Assembly (NCBI GenBank): GCA_964016885.1 | Contig: OZ024750.1 | Location: forward strand, 36,394,001-36,458,000 | Direction of reading: 5' to 3' | Source: Eledone cirrhosa | Taxonomy: Eukaryota | DNA length: 64,000 nucleotides | In this document: one piece after another, positions 28,520 through 42,539 of the stretch | Layout: every line of letters begins with the position of its first letter | Position numbering within the stretch: position 1 is the stretch's first letter | Program-made: the position numbers and the translations under genes | Notes under the pieces: generated by a model | Seen by the model: the letters and a program-made list of their open reading frames with translations, nothing else | What the model was told of the DNA's origin: nothing | Database searches by the model: none

Positions 28520-30050
28520 TTTTTAACCTTTTAATTCCCCCCAGTGTTGGTCTATTCTTTCTCCTATGCTTCGAGCTGTCTCACCTATATATGTCAATGT
28601 CATGTTTCTGCAAGTACCCTCTGTACATCTTATGCTATAGACATTTCTAGTTTTGCAGTTTATCTGGGGGTTTACTTTAAATATAACGCATTTCTTATTA
28701 GTACAATGGGTTTTCTTAAAGGGGTATGTTTTGCTGATCAGGGATTTTATGGCAGTTCCTGGCTTTTCTACCACTTTAATCTTTAAGTGGGTCTTTCTTA
28801 GGGCCTTTCTACATTTGTTAGCTAATTTCCCTCCAAGGGTAGCATCCACAAACATGACATTCTGCTATCTCTGGTTGTTGTACCATGAAGTGGCTTTCCC
28901 TATCTTATGTTTAGTCCTATCTAAGCTATTCCATGATTTGCTCCTGTACAATGGGCAAATCCCTTTCATTTCCATCACTATGAGGGTCTTATATTTCTCC
29001 GTGGCTCCTTTGTATACTCTGAGTCTGTCTCTTTGGTTGTAGCCAGAGAACTGCATGCGGTTGATGAAGTGTTGGATGTGTCTTTCCATTTCTGTTGGGT
29101 CGCATATGCTGGACACATTCTTCATCACTCTTACCAAGTCTGCGATCAGAATATTAAACTTAGCACTATTGGACATTACTGAGTTTTTGCGTATCAGGTA
29201 TTTGGAGGCCATGAGTTTAGCATAATGTGAGTGGAGAATTTGGGTTTTCTCTATAGTGTTTAACCAGAGTTCAGTGTCTAATACTGGTAGTCTATTGTTA
29301 GGGTGTTTGGAAGGGTAGTCAACGGTGACAGTTATACTCTGGTGTATGAAGTTAGCTATCTGCTGGATGCTCTCCATTGTGTTAGTTTCTAATTCAAGTT
29401 TATTGATATTCTCTTGTGGGGGTGTTTTTATTGCTATATTGATATCATCTACGTAACGAGAGTACATGACGAGGGCTATGGAGTTCTCTTCTAGGAGTTC
29501 TCTGAGTCTCCTCTCCCACCATCCCATAAATAGGTTGGCAACATCGCCAGCTATGTTATTGCAGTCATTGATTCTGCTGAGGAAGTCCTCTGTGCTGTCA
29601 CATACATCTGAGGACATCTTAATTATGGGGTGTATAATCATAGAGAGGAAGTAGGAGATTGTGTAGTAAATTGCAATATTGACTCCACATACAAGTCTTG
29701 TTGGTAGTCATTAGTTGTTTTATGGTCTTTGCGGAGTCCATATAAGGGTGGTATGTCATTGTTAGAGGCTTGCAAACTATCGGCTGTGCGTCTACTTGGT
29801 TTTAGGATGTCGGTCCACATCATCATGTGAGCATTGAGGATCTTTTCTCTTTCCTCATGTATTTGTGGTGTTGTTTCACTCATGTTGAGGATGTTGGGTG
29901 GCATAGCCTTGATGTCGTTTGGCATGCTGTCTATTGACATCCTACTGGGTTTATCTGTAGGTAGACACACTACCTCACCATCCCTTGCGCGCTGCATCAG
30001 GCTAAGTAGGCCTTTTACAGGTTTTCTTCCAAGTTGTTGAATCTCTAGTC
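28520..30050 (-). pseudogene. Decayed Penelope-like element (RT plus GIY-YIG), different lineage from the 5424 element
   Basis: PPLYGLRKDHK, YSRYVDDI, LPVLD, VYSIRC...YIGETARSIGERIDQH spread over three broken ORFs. Confidence 0.85.
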
Positions 30051-30456
30051 TGTTTTATCTCCTAGTATATCGGTCTACTACCTGTCTAAGTATATTTCTA
30101 GCTATGGTAAATTGTGTCTCTGGTCATCTATTTATTGTGGTATACAGACTCTCTTATTAAAGGGTAATTTAGTCGGATAAATTTTGTCCATCTTGTATGT
30201 TTTGTCAGCTGGGTTGAAGAACAGGTTCTCTAAGGGGTTGTCATTAAATCTACCATTATAGTTGTGTGTACTATTATTATTGTTATTATAGTTGTTGTTG
30301 TTTTCCCTACTGTTGTCATTGTTGCTGCTATTTCTCTTGTGGTTGTTACATGTAGTGTTGTTGTTCTATTTCCTTACTGTTATCATTGTTGTTACTGCTA
30401 TTTCTATTGTGGTTGTTACATGTATTGTTGTTATGTCTATTGCATATTATATAATA

Positions 30457-30716
30457 GGTGGCAAATTTGCTGAGCTGTTAAGACGTCGGATGTAATGCCT
30501 TACAGTATTCATTCCACCTCATTATGCGCTCCAAGTTCAAATCCCGGCGTGGTCAACTTTATTTTTATATATATATATATCATTTATTATCATTTATTTT
30601 TTATCAAATCCCGCCGAGGTTGACTTTGCCTTTCATCCTTACGGAGTCAATAAAATAAAGTACCAGTAATGCACTGGGTAATTGCTGGCCTTGTGCCTAA
30701 AGTAGAAACAATTATC
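30457..30716 (+). mobile_element. Two overlapping family B SINE pieces
   Basis: Head to GTTCAAATCCCGGC, then CAAATCCCGCCGAGGTTGACTTTGCCTTTCATCC...AAAGTAGAAACAATT. Confidence 0.7.
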
Positions 30717-30939
30717 ATTTATTTTTTATCATTTATTTTATTTTGACCTGTTTAGCTTGTTTTGGTTTTTGGCTTGGGTGGTTAATGCTTTCTTGACCAC
30801 CTTTTCAGTTTTGTATGGCTTCTTAACACATTGTTTAGCTCTGGTTTTTAACTATTGATCACTTTGCCAGTGTCATTTCTGATTTTTGTGTTTCGCTTCG
30901 CTTTTCCTGCCCGCCGAAATATGTAATTCTCGCTGAATC

Positions 30940-31220
<281 letters not shown>

Positions 31221-31556
31221 TTGTAATATACCAGCATCACTATGATTTCTTCAGAAAGATGGCCATGATTAATTGAACCAAACATTTCAGGAATCAAAGT
31301 TGTTTTAAAAACTCTGATTCCCAATCCATGTTTTAGTGGACTTGGATTAACCTCTGTATTTTGTCAACACACAACAGCCTTTATCAAGACTCTCTTTTTC
31401 TCTCTCTCCATCCTCTATCTCTCTCTCCCTCCTCTCTCTCTCTCCCTCCCCTCTCTCTCTCGCTCTCTCATCCAGATAAGTGTGTGCCCCTTGGATTCTC
31501 TTAAATAACTTTGTCAATCGTATAAACAAAAGTTGCAACATCATTGCTCTCTCCCC

Positions 31557-31590
<34 letters not shown>

Positions 31591-32054
31591 TTCTCTCTCT
31601 CTGTCCCTCCCTCTCTCTTACCAATATATCTAATTTTCAAATCCAACCTTGTACAAGCTACTGAAGACATGTTACAGAAGCAAAGGTGAATCCCAAGGGA
31701 ACTATGGAAGATTGAAAACTATAAAACTATCTTGTTAGATATTCACTTTGTATAAAAAATAACATTCTCTCTTTAATCATTAGAAAGCCTTTTTCTCATC
31801 TGTTTACTTCAATTGTCAGCTTATAAAAGACATAATATTTATGTTAAATGTAACATATAAATATATGTAATCACCCTTCAGACTAAGGTTTTTTCTTATC
31901 TTACACACATTGTACGAAAGTTATTTTTTTAATTTCATATATGTTTATTGATACATGTTTGTAAAAAAAACTATTTATCCTAGTATGGCTGTAGTCTACT
32001 GACTAAAACAAGTAAAAGTAGAAAAGAATATATATCAGTTTGGTGCAAATCTCT

Positions 32055-32338
32055 CATCACTATTTTACGTCCATTCTTCCACGCTAGAGTGGGTTAGATG
32101 GGTTGTCCTGTTGTGAGCAGTGTCCAGTTGGCTGACCCTGTCTTGCTCATATAGGAACTGATTCTGGCTTGATTTCTACAGTTGGATGCCCTTCCTAACA
32201 CCAACCTCATTTACAGTGAGTGCTGGGTGTTTCTTTCCCGTGGCACCTCCACGTCCACTTTACAGTGTGGGCTGGGTGCTTTTTTGCCGTGGCACCTCCA
32301 CGACCACATTGCAGTGAGGAGAGGGGGGGGGGGGGCAT
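32055..32338 (-). mobile_element. RTE 3' UTR fragment (10881-type)
   Basis: Closely matches 10900-11178. Confidence 0.85.
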
Positions 32339-33208
32339 ATTATAAATGAAAAAACCCATGACTATGAAAATATTTATTCATTAACCTAACCTCTTTTGCT
32401 TTCTAGAACCTCATTCCGTCAACAAGATTATAAATACCACACTTGTAAAATTCTTTAGGCTTTGAGGCAAAATATGAATCCAACTCATTTTCAACCCCTT
32501 CGCCTGATGTCAACCTAAGTCCATCCAAATGATTCTATAGTCCCCAAAACAAGTGATAACCAGAAGGATCAAGGTGAGGAAGATATGGAGAATGAAGCAA
32601 TATTTCCCAACGAAACTCTTCTAATAGATCTTTGGTCAGTCAAACTGTGTAAGGATGAGCATTATCATGATGGAAGATGACACCCTTTCTGTTGACTAAT
32701 AAGGGTTGGTTTCAGTTCAAAATGGCTTTCAAACGACGAAGTTGATCACAATAGAGATTAGCAGTAATTGTTTGATTGTTGTTTAACAATTTGTAATGGA
32801 CAATTCTTTCAATATCCCACCATACACTCAAGATGATCTTTTTTGGATGAAGTCCTACTCTTGGTTGTTGAACTGGTCTCTAGAAGTAATGGTCGGATGT
32901 TCTGTGACAACAGCTTCCAACTCTTCGCAATCAAGTTTTATTGGATGACCTTCTTTTGGTTCATCTTTCAAACTGAAATCCCCACGTTGAAAATGGGAAA
33001 ACCACCTCCTGCAACTTCTTTCATTCACTGCATAATTCCCATAGGGGCTCTGAATAGATTTTGCTGCTGTTCTTTCATTGACACCTTTATGAAACTCATA
33101 GAGTAAAACATGTGTAATGTGATCTTTAGATGGGACAAACATAGGTGTGACTATAGCAGAAGTTTATGAACAATATTTTTATAATCTGAAAGAAAAAGGT
33201 ATAGATTA

Positions 33209-33503
33209 CTCATCATCATCATCATCGTTTAACGTCCATCTTCCACGCTTGCATGGGTTTGGACGGGAGTTTTCCCACTTGAGGCAACAGTGGTTGTCTT
33301 GCTCGCATAGGACTGTCTGGCGGGTTTTCTACGGCTGGATGCCCTTCCTAACACCAACCACATTTACAGTGTGGAACTGGGAGGTTTTTACCGTGTTACA
33401 TACACGGCCACATTACAGCGTGGACTGTGTGTTTCTTTGTTGTGACACCTACACGACCTCATTTGTTTCGGACTGGATGTTGTGGTACCAACATAACTTT
33501 ACT
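33209..33503 (-). mobile_element. RTE 3' UTR fragment (62547-type)
   Basis: Closely matches 62547-62850; (CAT)n at the left end. Confidence 0.85.
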
Positions 33504-34039
33504 CCTAAACGATAATGAGAAGCACAAATTTAATAAATCTATATATTACTAAAACTCTGTGATTGATTGGTTGCTTGCTTGCTTGCAATGTAATACAGCC
33601 AAAAGAGCGCATAATGGGAAAATATTTTGAAAAGAAGTTGACCCTGAAATGGGAATACAAATGGAATAAAACAAGTTTCGTGTAAATCAGAGGACGGGTT
33701 CCTGAGGTATGGGGTTTTTCCGGGTACCTTCATAAACAGAGAAAGAGATAGTGATTATGGGAGAGTAGATTGAAAGAGAGACATAGAGAGAGGGAGAGGA
33801 GACAGAGAAGGAGAATGGAGGAGAGAGAGCTGGTGGTGTTGTTGTGTATATATATATATGTGGGTGTCTGTGATCTATATACACTGGTCATGGGGTTATG
33901 GCTACTGTCGCTCAGAGAGTGGGATTGGCTCAGTGCACAGTCTTTCCTCACTTTAACAAAAATCGTCATGCACAGGCATTGCGCGATAGCATTAATTGAT
34001 AATTATTAATAATATTATAACATGCAATGGCCCCTTATA

Positions 34040-34405
34040 TATATAAACAAATACTAAAAGGGAATTTTTTAGTATAACATCAAAACATTTATTTACAAAA
34101 TAGGGATTTTGTCAACACTAACAGAGAATGAAAGAAAACTACGGACAAAAGTATGAACTTTCCTCTCTAAATATGTATGTAAAAACTAAAAAATGTTTTT
34201 CTCCATTTTATTATTATTTGTATAAAAATGCAATTTAATTGCACTATACACTTCCGTCATTGGAAAAGCATATAAAGCTGAAACTGGTATACAATTAAAT
34301 GCGGAAATCCCTACTTTATAAATAAATGTTTTGATGTTATACTAAAAAAATCCCTCTAGCATTTTCTACTGTATTTCTTTCCTTTTTACTATTTGTTTAT
34401 ATATA
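34040..34405. mobile_element. AT-rich fold-back / MITE-like element
   Basis: TTTTTTAGTATAACATCAAAACATTTATTTA...TAGGGATTT is inverted at ~34305-34352; the termini TATAAACAAATA and TATTTGTTTATA are also inverted. Confidence 0.65.
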
Positions 34406-34447
34406 TCAGCTCGTGTTTCACTTTTCTCCATTCCATATATATATATA

Positions 34448-35181
<734 letters not shown>

Positions 35182-35829
35182 TATATATATAATAAAGTTT
35201 TAGATCAATATCCAGTGATTTTGATTTCGTTGTTTACAATTGCTTCCTTTGGAGTTCACACATAGGATTAATTGTAAGACAACATTCCCAGGCAGAAGCC
35301 TAAGCTAAGAAACTATTCTTGTATCGACCACTTAACATATGAAAACGTTAAAGTACTCACAATTTCATTGATAAATGTGTGTGTGTGTTGTTTAAGCTTG
35401 TATTATAAGGGAAAATAAATCCAAACTAATAAAAAGTAAGCCTGTGTAGCTACAATTTAGAAATATGACATAGATCTGATAATTAAGTCATTCGACTTCT
35501 TTATTTTAAATGTTTAAGATATATTATAAAAGACAACACATTAATTGAAAGGTATTTACATAAATTACATTATTTCATTGAAAATACAATGTTACATTGA
35601 AAACATTTCTTGTAAGTAAAATAACTACAATTGAAATAAAAGCTGTCAAAACATAGACAATGTAAAATGAATGAATTATATAATGCAGGTATGGCTGTGT
35701 GGTTAAGTAGTTTCTTATTATGGTAGTATGGACTTCTAGTCTCCTACTAGAGTACCATGTTGGTAGATCTTATAAGTAGAATTTGGTTGGCAGAGACAGT
35801 ACAAAAACCTATTCTGTGTATATGTATAT

Positions 35830-35883
<54 letters not shown>

Positions 35884-35887
<4 letters not shown>

Positions 35888-36212
35888 GTTAGAGCATTGG
35901 CCTTGCAACCGAAAGGTTGTGAGTTCAATTCTCAGACCGGGTGATGTGTTGTTTCCTTGAGCAAGACACTTTATTTCACATTGCTCCAGTTTACTCAGCT
36001 GTAGACATGAGATGATAGGGACCACAGTCCCTATCATTCCACTGCAAAGTGGTCGTGGAGGTGCCACGGCAAAAAAGGACCCAGCACTCACTGTAAATGA
36101 GGTTGGTGTTAGGAAGGGTATCCAGCTGTAGAAATCAAGCCAGAATCAGTTCCCGTCCCACCCTTGCAAGCAGGGAAAAATAGGACGTAAAATGATGATG
36201 ATGATGATGATG
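35884..36212 (+). mobile_element. Family A SINE
   Basis: As for other copies. Confidence 0.87.
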
Positions 36213-36689
36213 TACAAAGAAAGTGTGGTAAGAAATCAGGTGGACCATAATGCACCAGAATACTCGATACTTAGGGTAGTAGAGTGGGTAATAGGAAAAG
36301 AGTCAGCTCCGGCAGTTTTAACAGCTAGATTCGATCGAAGCCAGCAGTATTAGGACAGCAGGAATCTAGTTGAACTTATCAAGGGGGTAATTCCATATAT
36401 GCACTATGACCCCCTTCTGCTGCAGCTGTGATGCCACGCTGATTTCGTCATCTCAATATCCCTACTTAAACGTACATCCCTACTTGGTTATCACCATTGA
36501 CTACGTTGCTCCTCAATCATTGCCTGAAAATAAGGGAAATCAAAAAGTACATAGCTACATTCTTCAATCTTTGCAAATGCGTGTTGCTATTTCACGTTTC
36601 CTATCCTGTGCAACACAGGATCCTGCTGCTAGTCATGATATATATGTGTGTATCTATATATATATATATATATATATGTGCGTGTGTGT

Positions 36690-36800
36690 GTTATATTGGT
36701 ACCACAAAACATCCTGCCCACTCTGGTTTGAATGACTTCTGCAGGTGGTGTTAAATAAGACATGGCCTGGCCAAATAATGGCCGAAACCTACCAAAGATA
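36690..36800 (+). mobile_element. 3' terminus of a LINE related to 995-2992
   Basis: CAGGTGGTG...AGACATGGCCTGG...TGGCC matches ~2915-2960. Confidence 0.6.
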
Positions 36801-36829
36801 TATAGATTTATACATATATATATGTGTGT

Positions 36830-36948
36830 GAAGGCGTGTGGCTGAGTGGTTAGAGAACTGGATTCGCAATCGTGAGGTTGTGAGTTTGATTCCTGGACCG
36901 GGCGATGCGTTATGTCCTTGAGCAAGACACTTTATTTCACGTTGCTCC
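36830..36948 (+). mobile_element. Head of a related CORE-type SINE subfamily
   Basis: TGGCTGAGTGG A box and CCTTGAGCAAGACACTTTATTTCAC. Confidence 0.75.
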
Positions 36949-37199
36949 TTCTACCTGGAGTTGCAACTGATAGATAGTATTAGCAATTGGAAAGACCAAT
37001 GGAAACACTGTTTCCTCGGTCCGATATGACGAAAGTCGATCATTAGGAATATATGTGTCTGTGTAAATTGTATCACAAACCAGGCACTACATATTTGCAT
37101 AACCTGTGACTGTTAGAGACAATAGTTTTTATGCTCAGCCTAGTGGAGGTATTTTTACAATCTTTTATAAAATACAGATCCATGGATAATTTTTATGTT

Positions 37200-37404
37200 T
37201 GGTGGATTGGCAGTATCGGTAGAGGGTCTGACGCCATGTTTGGTAGAGGGTCTGATGCAGCAAAGAGTTACGGCCCTTTATGGTCTGAGTTCCCGCCAAG
37301 GTTAACTTTACCTTTCATCCTTACGGGGTCGATAAAATAAAGTAGCAGTAATGATCTGGGTAATTGCTGGCCTTGTGCCTAAAAGTAGAAACAATTATTA
37401 TTAT
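37200..37404 (+). mobile_element. Family B SINE
   Basis: Matches 41941-42128; (ATT)n tail. Confidence 0.75.
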
Positions 37405-37827
37405 TGATATCAGTTTTATCCTTGTAATTCTTATTTACATGTTGATTTCTTTGTAATTTCATTGCTTTTCAAAATTTTTCTGAACAATGCTGTTGTCAGC
37501 AGAAATCAATATGTCTATCAGAATGTGTATGTTTTCCTTCTGTCAATGTGATATCTGGCTGATTTATTTTTATCTTCTGAGACAAACATGTCCCAGCATA
37601 CTATAACCATGTCAATATTACATATTTGATTTAAGGGAATTCTTCTTCTCAGTGTCCATTGGGAAATATCTGCTTATTATCCAACAGACATTCTGGATAT
37701 ATCCACAACTATGTTATCTTATTTGAAAGGATTATGCCAATAGAAATGATGTAGTCAACTGTTATTTCATTGTTATTTATAGTTATTTCGTGTAGGTTAT
37801 TTGTATTTGTATTTTGTATTTTGTGTC

Positions 37828-38013
37828 ATGACACAAAGCATCCAGCCCACACTGTAAAGTGGTCATGCTGGTGACATGACAAAAAGTACCCAGTACTCAC
37901 TGTAAATGAGTTCTGTATGTGCAAGACATGGTCACCTGACCTAGCATTGTCCACAAGAGGACAACCTGTCTAACCCATGCTAGCATGGAAAAATTGATGT
38001 AAAACGGTGATGA
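37828..38013 (+). mobile_element. RTE 3' UTR fragment
   Basis: CTAACCCATGCTAGCATGGAAAA...GTGATGAT. Confidence 0.7.
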
Positions 38014-38039
38014 TAATAATGAAAATAATAATAATAATG

Positions 38040-38312
38040 AAATTATTGTGTACAGTGCTCAGGTGCACTACAACTCATCAAAGGTGCATGTATAGTACAT
38101 AGAATAATGTACAAATGTCAGGAAAGTGAACACTGTATGAGTCATGATATACATGTGTGCGTGTGTATTGAGGGGGAATATCAGGTGTAGTGTCAGCAAA
38201 TCTCATGAAGCATGGAGGTTTTAAAGGATGTAGTGTCTTTGCAGCTAACAACTGATGCAGGTAGTTTGATCCATGCTTCAGCAACTCTGAGCGGGAAAAA
38301 ATGTTTCCAAAA
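38040..38312 (-). mobile_element. CR1-type LINE 3' end
   Basis: Minus strand KHFFPLRVAEAWIKLPASVVSCKDTTSFK plus 3' UTR. Confidence 0.72.
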
Positions 38313-38316
38313 GTGA

Positions 38317-38531
38317 TGTGTGTGTGTGTGTGTGTATTTTCTTCGGTAGGGGTTCTCCTACATGGATATAAAGTAGTCGCCGTACTCGAAAACGAGTTGG
38401 CAGCCACCATATATATATATATGTGTGTGCGTGTGTGTGTGTGTGTGTGTGTATTTTCTTTGGTAGGGGTTCTCCTACATGGATATAAAGTAGTGACCGT
38501 ACTCGAAAACGAGTTGGCAGCCACCATATAT

Positions 38532-38565
<34 letters not shown>

Positions 38566-38652
38566 ATTTTCTTCGGTCGGGGTTCTCCTACATGGATATA
38601 AATATAAAGTAGTGGCCGTACTCGAAAACGAGTTGGCAGCCACCATATATAT

Positions 38653-38688
<36 letters not shown>

Positions 38689-38757
38689 ATTTTCTTCGGT
38701 AGGGGTTCTCCTACATGGATATAAAGTAGTGGCCGTACTCGAAAACGAGTTGGCAGC

Positions 38758-38820
<63 letters not shown>

Positions 38821-39023
38821 AGTGTGTATTTTCTTCGGTAGGGGTTCTCCTACATGGATATAAAGTAGTGGCCGTACTCGAAAACGAGTTGGCAGCGACC
38901 ATATATATATATATGTGTGTGTGTGTGTGTTTGTGTGTGTGTGTATTTTCTTCGGTAGGGGTTCTCCTACATAGATATAAATATAAAGTAGTGGCCGTAC
39001 TCGAAAACGAGTTGGCAGCCACC

Positions 39024-39063
<40 letters not shown>

Positions 39064-39146
39064 ATGTATTTTCTTCGGTAGGGGTTCTCCTACATAGATA
39101 TAAATATAAAGTAGTGGCCGTACTCGAAAACGAGTTGGCAGCCACC

Positions 39147-39178
<32 letters not shown>

Positions 39179-39271
39179 TTGTGTGTGTGTGTATTTTCTT
39201 CGGTAGGGGTTCTCCTACATGGATATAAATATAAAGTAGTGGCCATACTCGAAAACGAGTTGGCAGCGACC

Positions 39272-39311
<40 letters not shown>

Positions 39312-39322
39312 ATATTTTCTTC
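38317..39322 (+). repeat. Eight tandem ~115-140-bp units: LINE 3'-terminal sequence plus (AT)n(GT)n
   Basis: Core CGGTAGGGGTTCTCCTACATGGATATAAAGTAGTGGCCGTACTCGAAAACGAGTTGGCAGCCACCAT matches 27789-27854. Confidence 0.92.
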
Positions 39323-39625
39323 TGGCTTTATTATTTTATAAATTTTCTCCAATAATTAATGAGAGAAAGTTAATTTATAACATAGAAACAATACTCTTTC
39401 ATTGTAATGTCGACAACATCAACTAAGTAAATACATATGCATGTCTGTATGTGATTGTGTGTACACACGTGTGTGTGTGTGTATGTGTTTAGGTATCGGT
39501 GTTATTGTATGTTTTGAGTTATATGTGTACACAACAGGTATATATTTCTGTGTTATTTGCGTACATAGTAGTCATATGTTTTGAGTTGTGTACACTGCAG
39601 ACATATGAAACTAATAAATGAAATT

Positions 39626-40188
39626 ACCACCACCACCACCATCATCACCACTGTCACCACCACCACCACCACCGTCACTGTCACCACTACCACCACTGTG
39701 ACCACTACCACCACCACCACCACCGTCACTGTCACCACTACCACCGTCACTGTCACCACTACCACCACTGTCACCACCACCACCACCACCACCACCGTCA
39801 CTGTCACCACTACCACCACTGTGACCACTACCACCACCACCACCATCACCACCATCACCACCACCGTCACTGTCACCACTACCACCACCATCACCACCAC
39901 CACCACCACCACCACCATCACCATCACCACCACCACCATCATCACCACCGTCACTGTCACCACTACCACTATCGTCACCACCGTCACCACCATCACCACC
40001 ATCACTGTCACCACTATCACCATCGTCATCACCGTCACCACCATCACCACCATCACTGTCACCACTACCACCATCGTCACCGTCACCACCACCACCACCA
40101 TCACTGTCACCACCACCACCATCACCACCACCACCATCATCACCGTCACCACCACCACCACCATCACTGTCACCACCACCACCACCAT
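39626..40188. repeat. Cryptic (CAC)n-derived trinucleotide repeat
   Basis: CAC/CAT/CGT/TGT triplets; poly-T, poly-V and GD ORFs open in several frames. Confidence 0.92.
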
Positions 40189-40605
40189 ATGAATATAAAG
40201 GACTATTCTGAAGAGATTTCAATAAATCACAATGTAGTTAAATAATTCTGAATTTAATATTTTGAATAATTTGAGAATTTTCTATCATTTCTGGGATAGA
40301 GTTTTTGTCATGACTATAAAATAATCTTTATTATGTTACATATCATGTGTCTCCTTTTGATTACAATTATTTTCTCTTTCATTTAAAAAAACAAATCTTT
40401 TGAAGTATTTTCCTGTTATCAGCAACAAAGAAGGACGTAGCCTGTTAAATTGATAATATGCAATAATAATTAAAAATTATTTTTTTTCTAAATTAAAAAC
40501 AAAAAAAAAAAATTATTTAAATCTTTATATGGAAATTGGTATTTGACCTACTTGCAAAGACACATATACAAAATTATAGTTTCAAATTATTGAGTTTCTA
40601 TGCTA

Positions 40606-41120
40606 TCATCATCATCATCATCATCATCATCATTGTACGTCCATTTTTCCACGCTAGCATGGGTTAGACGGTTTGTCCTGTTGTGGGAAATGCTAGGTCA
40701 GGTGACCATGTCTTGCTCATACAGAACTGATTTTGGCTTGGTTTTTACAGCTGGGTGCCCTTTCTAATGCCAATCTACAGTGTAGAATGGGTGCTTTTTG
40801 TCGTGTCGCCTACATGACCACTCTACAGTGTGGGCTGGGTGCTTTTTGTCGTGACCACCTATACGACCACTTTACAGTGTGGACTGGGTTTTTTTTTGTC
40901 GGGACACCTATGTGACCACTTCACAGTGTGGACTGGATGTTTTTTGTTGTGACCACTTACACAACCATTTTACAGTGTGGACGGTGTTTTTTGTTGTGAC
41001 CACTTACACAACCACTTTACAGTGTGGACTGGGTATGTTTTGTCATGACACCTACACCACCACTTTACAGTGTGGACGGTGTTTTTTGTCATGACACCTA
41101 CACCGTCACTACTTTACAGT
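40606..41120 (-). mobile_element. RTE 3' UTR with ~8-9 tandem ~40-bp modules
   Basis: (CAT)n end followed by repeated CCACTTTACAGTGTGGACTGGGT...TTTTGTCGTGAC units. Confidence 0.8.
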
Positions 41121-41499
41121 TAGGGGCTTCACTGGATATATACTTTAGCCTGTCCTCATGGGAGATGTATAGGAGTGAGGGGGTGTTGTGGTGCATACAG
41201 TATATATGCTTTAGCTTCGGTCTGTGCTATAGAAATTATTTTCTCACTAATTAAAGTGAACTCTATTGACCAATCTAATTTATCAATCGAACACCTTATT
41301 CTCATGTAATGTTTCATAGGTAAATCAATCTTGCATAATCAATGTTTTACAAGCTGTGTTCAATGAAGGCTATAAATATTGTGACTTAATGAAGACGTAC
41401 TTCAGTTCCTCACAGCTCTAGCATACTTCCAGTGAGGGGAAGAGGAAGATGTACTTACATCTGATACCTATTTACATCACCATCATCACCAACACTACA

Positions 41500-41732
41500 A
41501 CCATCATCATCATCGTTTTTACATCCCTTTTTCCATGCTTGCATCTCTCCACTGACTCTGTTTCTTCATCATCTTCTCTGTGAGTCTCAGCAATTTGAGA
41601 TCAGCTTTCATCACCTCTGCCCAGGTCTACCTCTACTGCATTTTTATCCACTGAGATTTCCAGGCACTTCTTCATCTAGGGGTCATCGTCCATGCACATC
41701 ACATGTCCAAACCAATGCCGCCTTCTATCTTA
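41500..41732 (-). mobile_element. Old RTE 3' fragment
   Basis: Minus strand RRRHWFGHVMCMDDD. Confidence 0.6.
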
Positions 41733-41940
41733 CAGACCTTTACAAGAACCAGTATAGAGGGCACCTCTACATGATCGTTCTACCTGCTAGAAATAGCAGC
41801 CAAACTTCCCTCAAATCACACCCTATCAGCTTTAGTACCAAAAGTATAGGGAATAATGAAGTTCTGGGGTATACAATGTCTGAAAGAATTCTGAAGAATC
41901 ATGGCTTGAATACCTTTTATTATTTTATATCGGTTGGGCA

Positions 41941-42128
41941 GTGGATTGGCAGTATCGGTAGAGGGTCGGACGCCATGCTTTCCAGCATAGTTACGTCCCT
42001 TTACGATCTGAGTTCAAATCCCGCCGAGGTTGACTTTGCCTTTCATCCTTACGGGGTCGATAAAATAAAGTACCAGTAATGCACTGGGTAATTGCTCGCC
42101 TTGTGCCTAAAGTAGAAACAATTATTTT
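41941..42128 (+). mobile_element. Family B SINE (tRNA-like head, Sauria/Meta-like central domain)
   Basis: GAGTTCAAATCCC B box, then GAGGTTGACTTTGCCTTTCATCCTTACGGGGTCGATAAAATAAAGTACCAG; at least six copies in the window. Confidence 0.78.
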
Positions 42129-42539
42129 ATATCTTATCCATTGCCCTAAGGTGAGACAATATTTTTTGCTATCAAAACGATGACAAACACAAATTACACT
42201 ACCATGGTTCAAACCTTTGCAATTAATGAAACAAGCTGATCTCAGGGTTCCCCAATAGAACTGTATGATGGGTCAACTCTAAACTCAGCCAAGCGAGTTG
42301 ATCATGATGGTGAAAGTCTTGTGCCAATATCTAAGCTTAATTTTGTAAAGGTACACCAAAGCTATCTTTTATCATAGATCGGCATGGGCAGAAATGACCT
42401 GAGGCTCAACAACCTATCAGGCTACTGAAAAGTTCCTGGCATTCGGGTGAAAGAAAATACAGGAGGATCAGTAAAAAGAAAATTCAGGAAGGTCAGTTGA
42501 AAGAAAAGACAAGAAAATCAGGTAAAAGAAAATACAGAA

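Larger units (their letters stand above)
32031..33538 (-). mobile_element. Decayed mariner transposon carrying two RTE 3'-end insertions
   Basis: LLYEFHKG...RRWFSHFQRGDFSLKDEPKEGHP (N-terminal HTH), HHDNAHP near 32660 and PYLPHLDPSGYHLF near 32560 (cf. YSPDLAPSD). Degenerate TIR-like ends TTTGGTGCAAA and GCACAAATTTAATA. Confidence 0.78.

Noticed and set aside
33539-34030. Helitron-like start (TCTATATATTACTAAAA)
   Set aside because: No CTRR 3' end with subterminal hairpin could be located.
38317-39322. CRISPR-like repeat-spacer appearance
   Set aside because: Spacers are only (AT)n(GT)n, the repeat is a LINE-like end, there are no cas genes and the context is eukaryotic.
39553-40222. Mucin-like Thr-rich or Gly/Asp-rich protein
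   Set aside because: Triplet repeat open in several frames on both strands with no unique coding flank.
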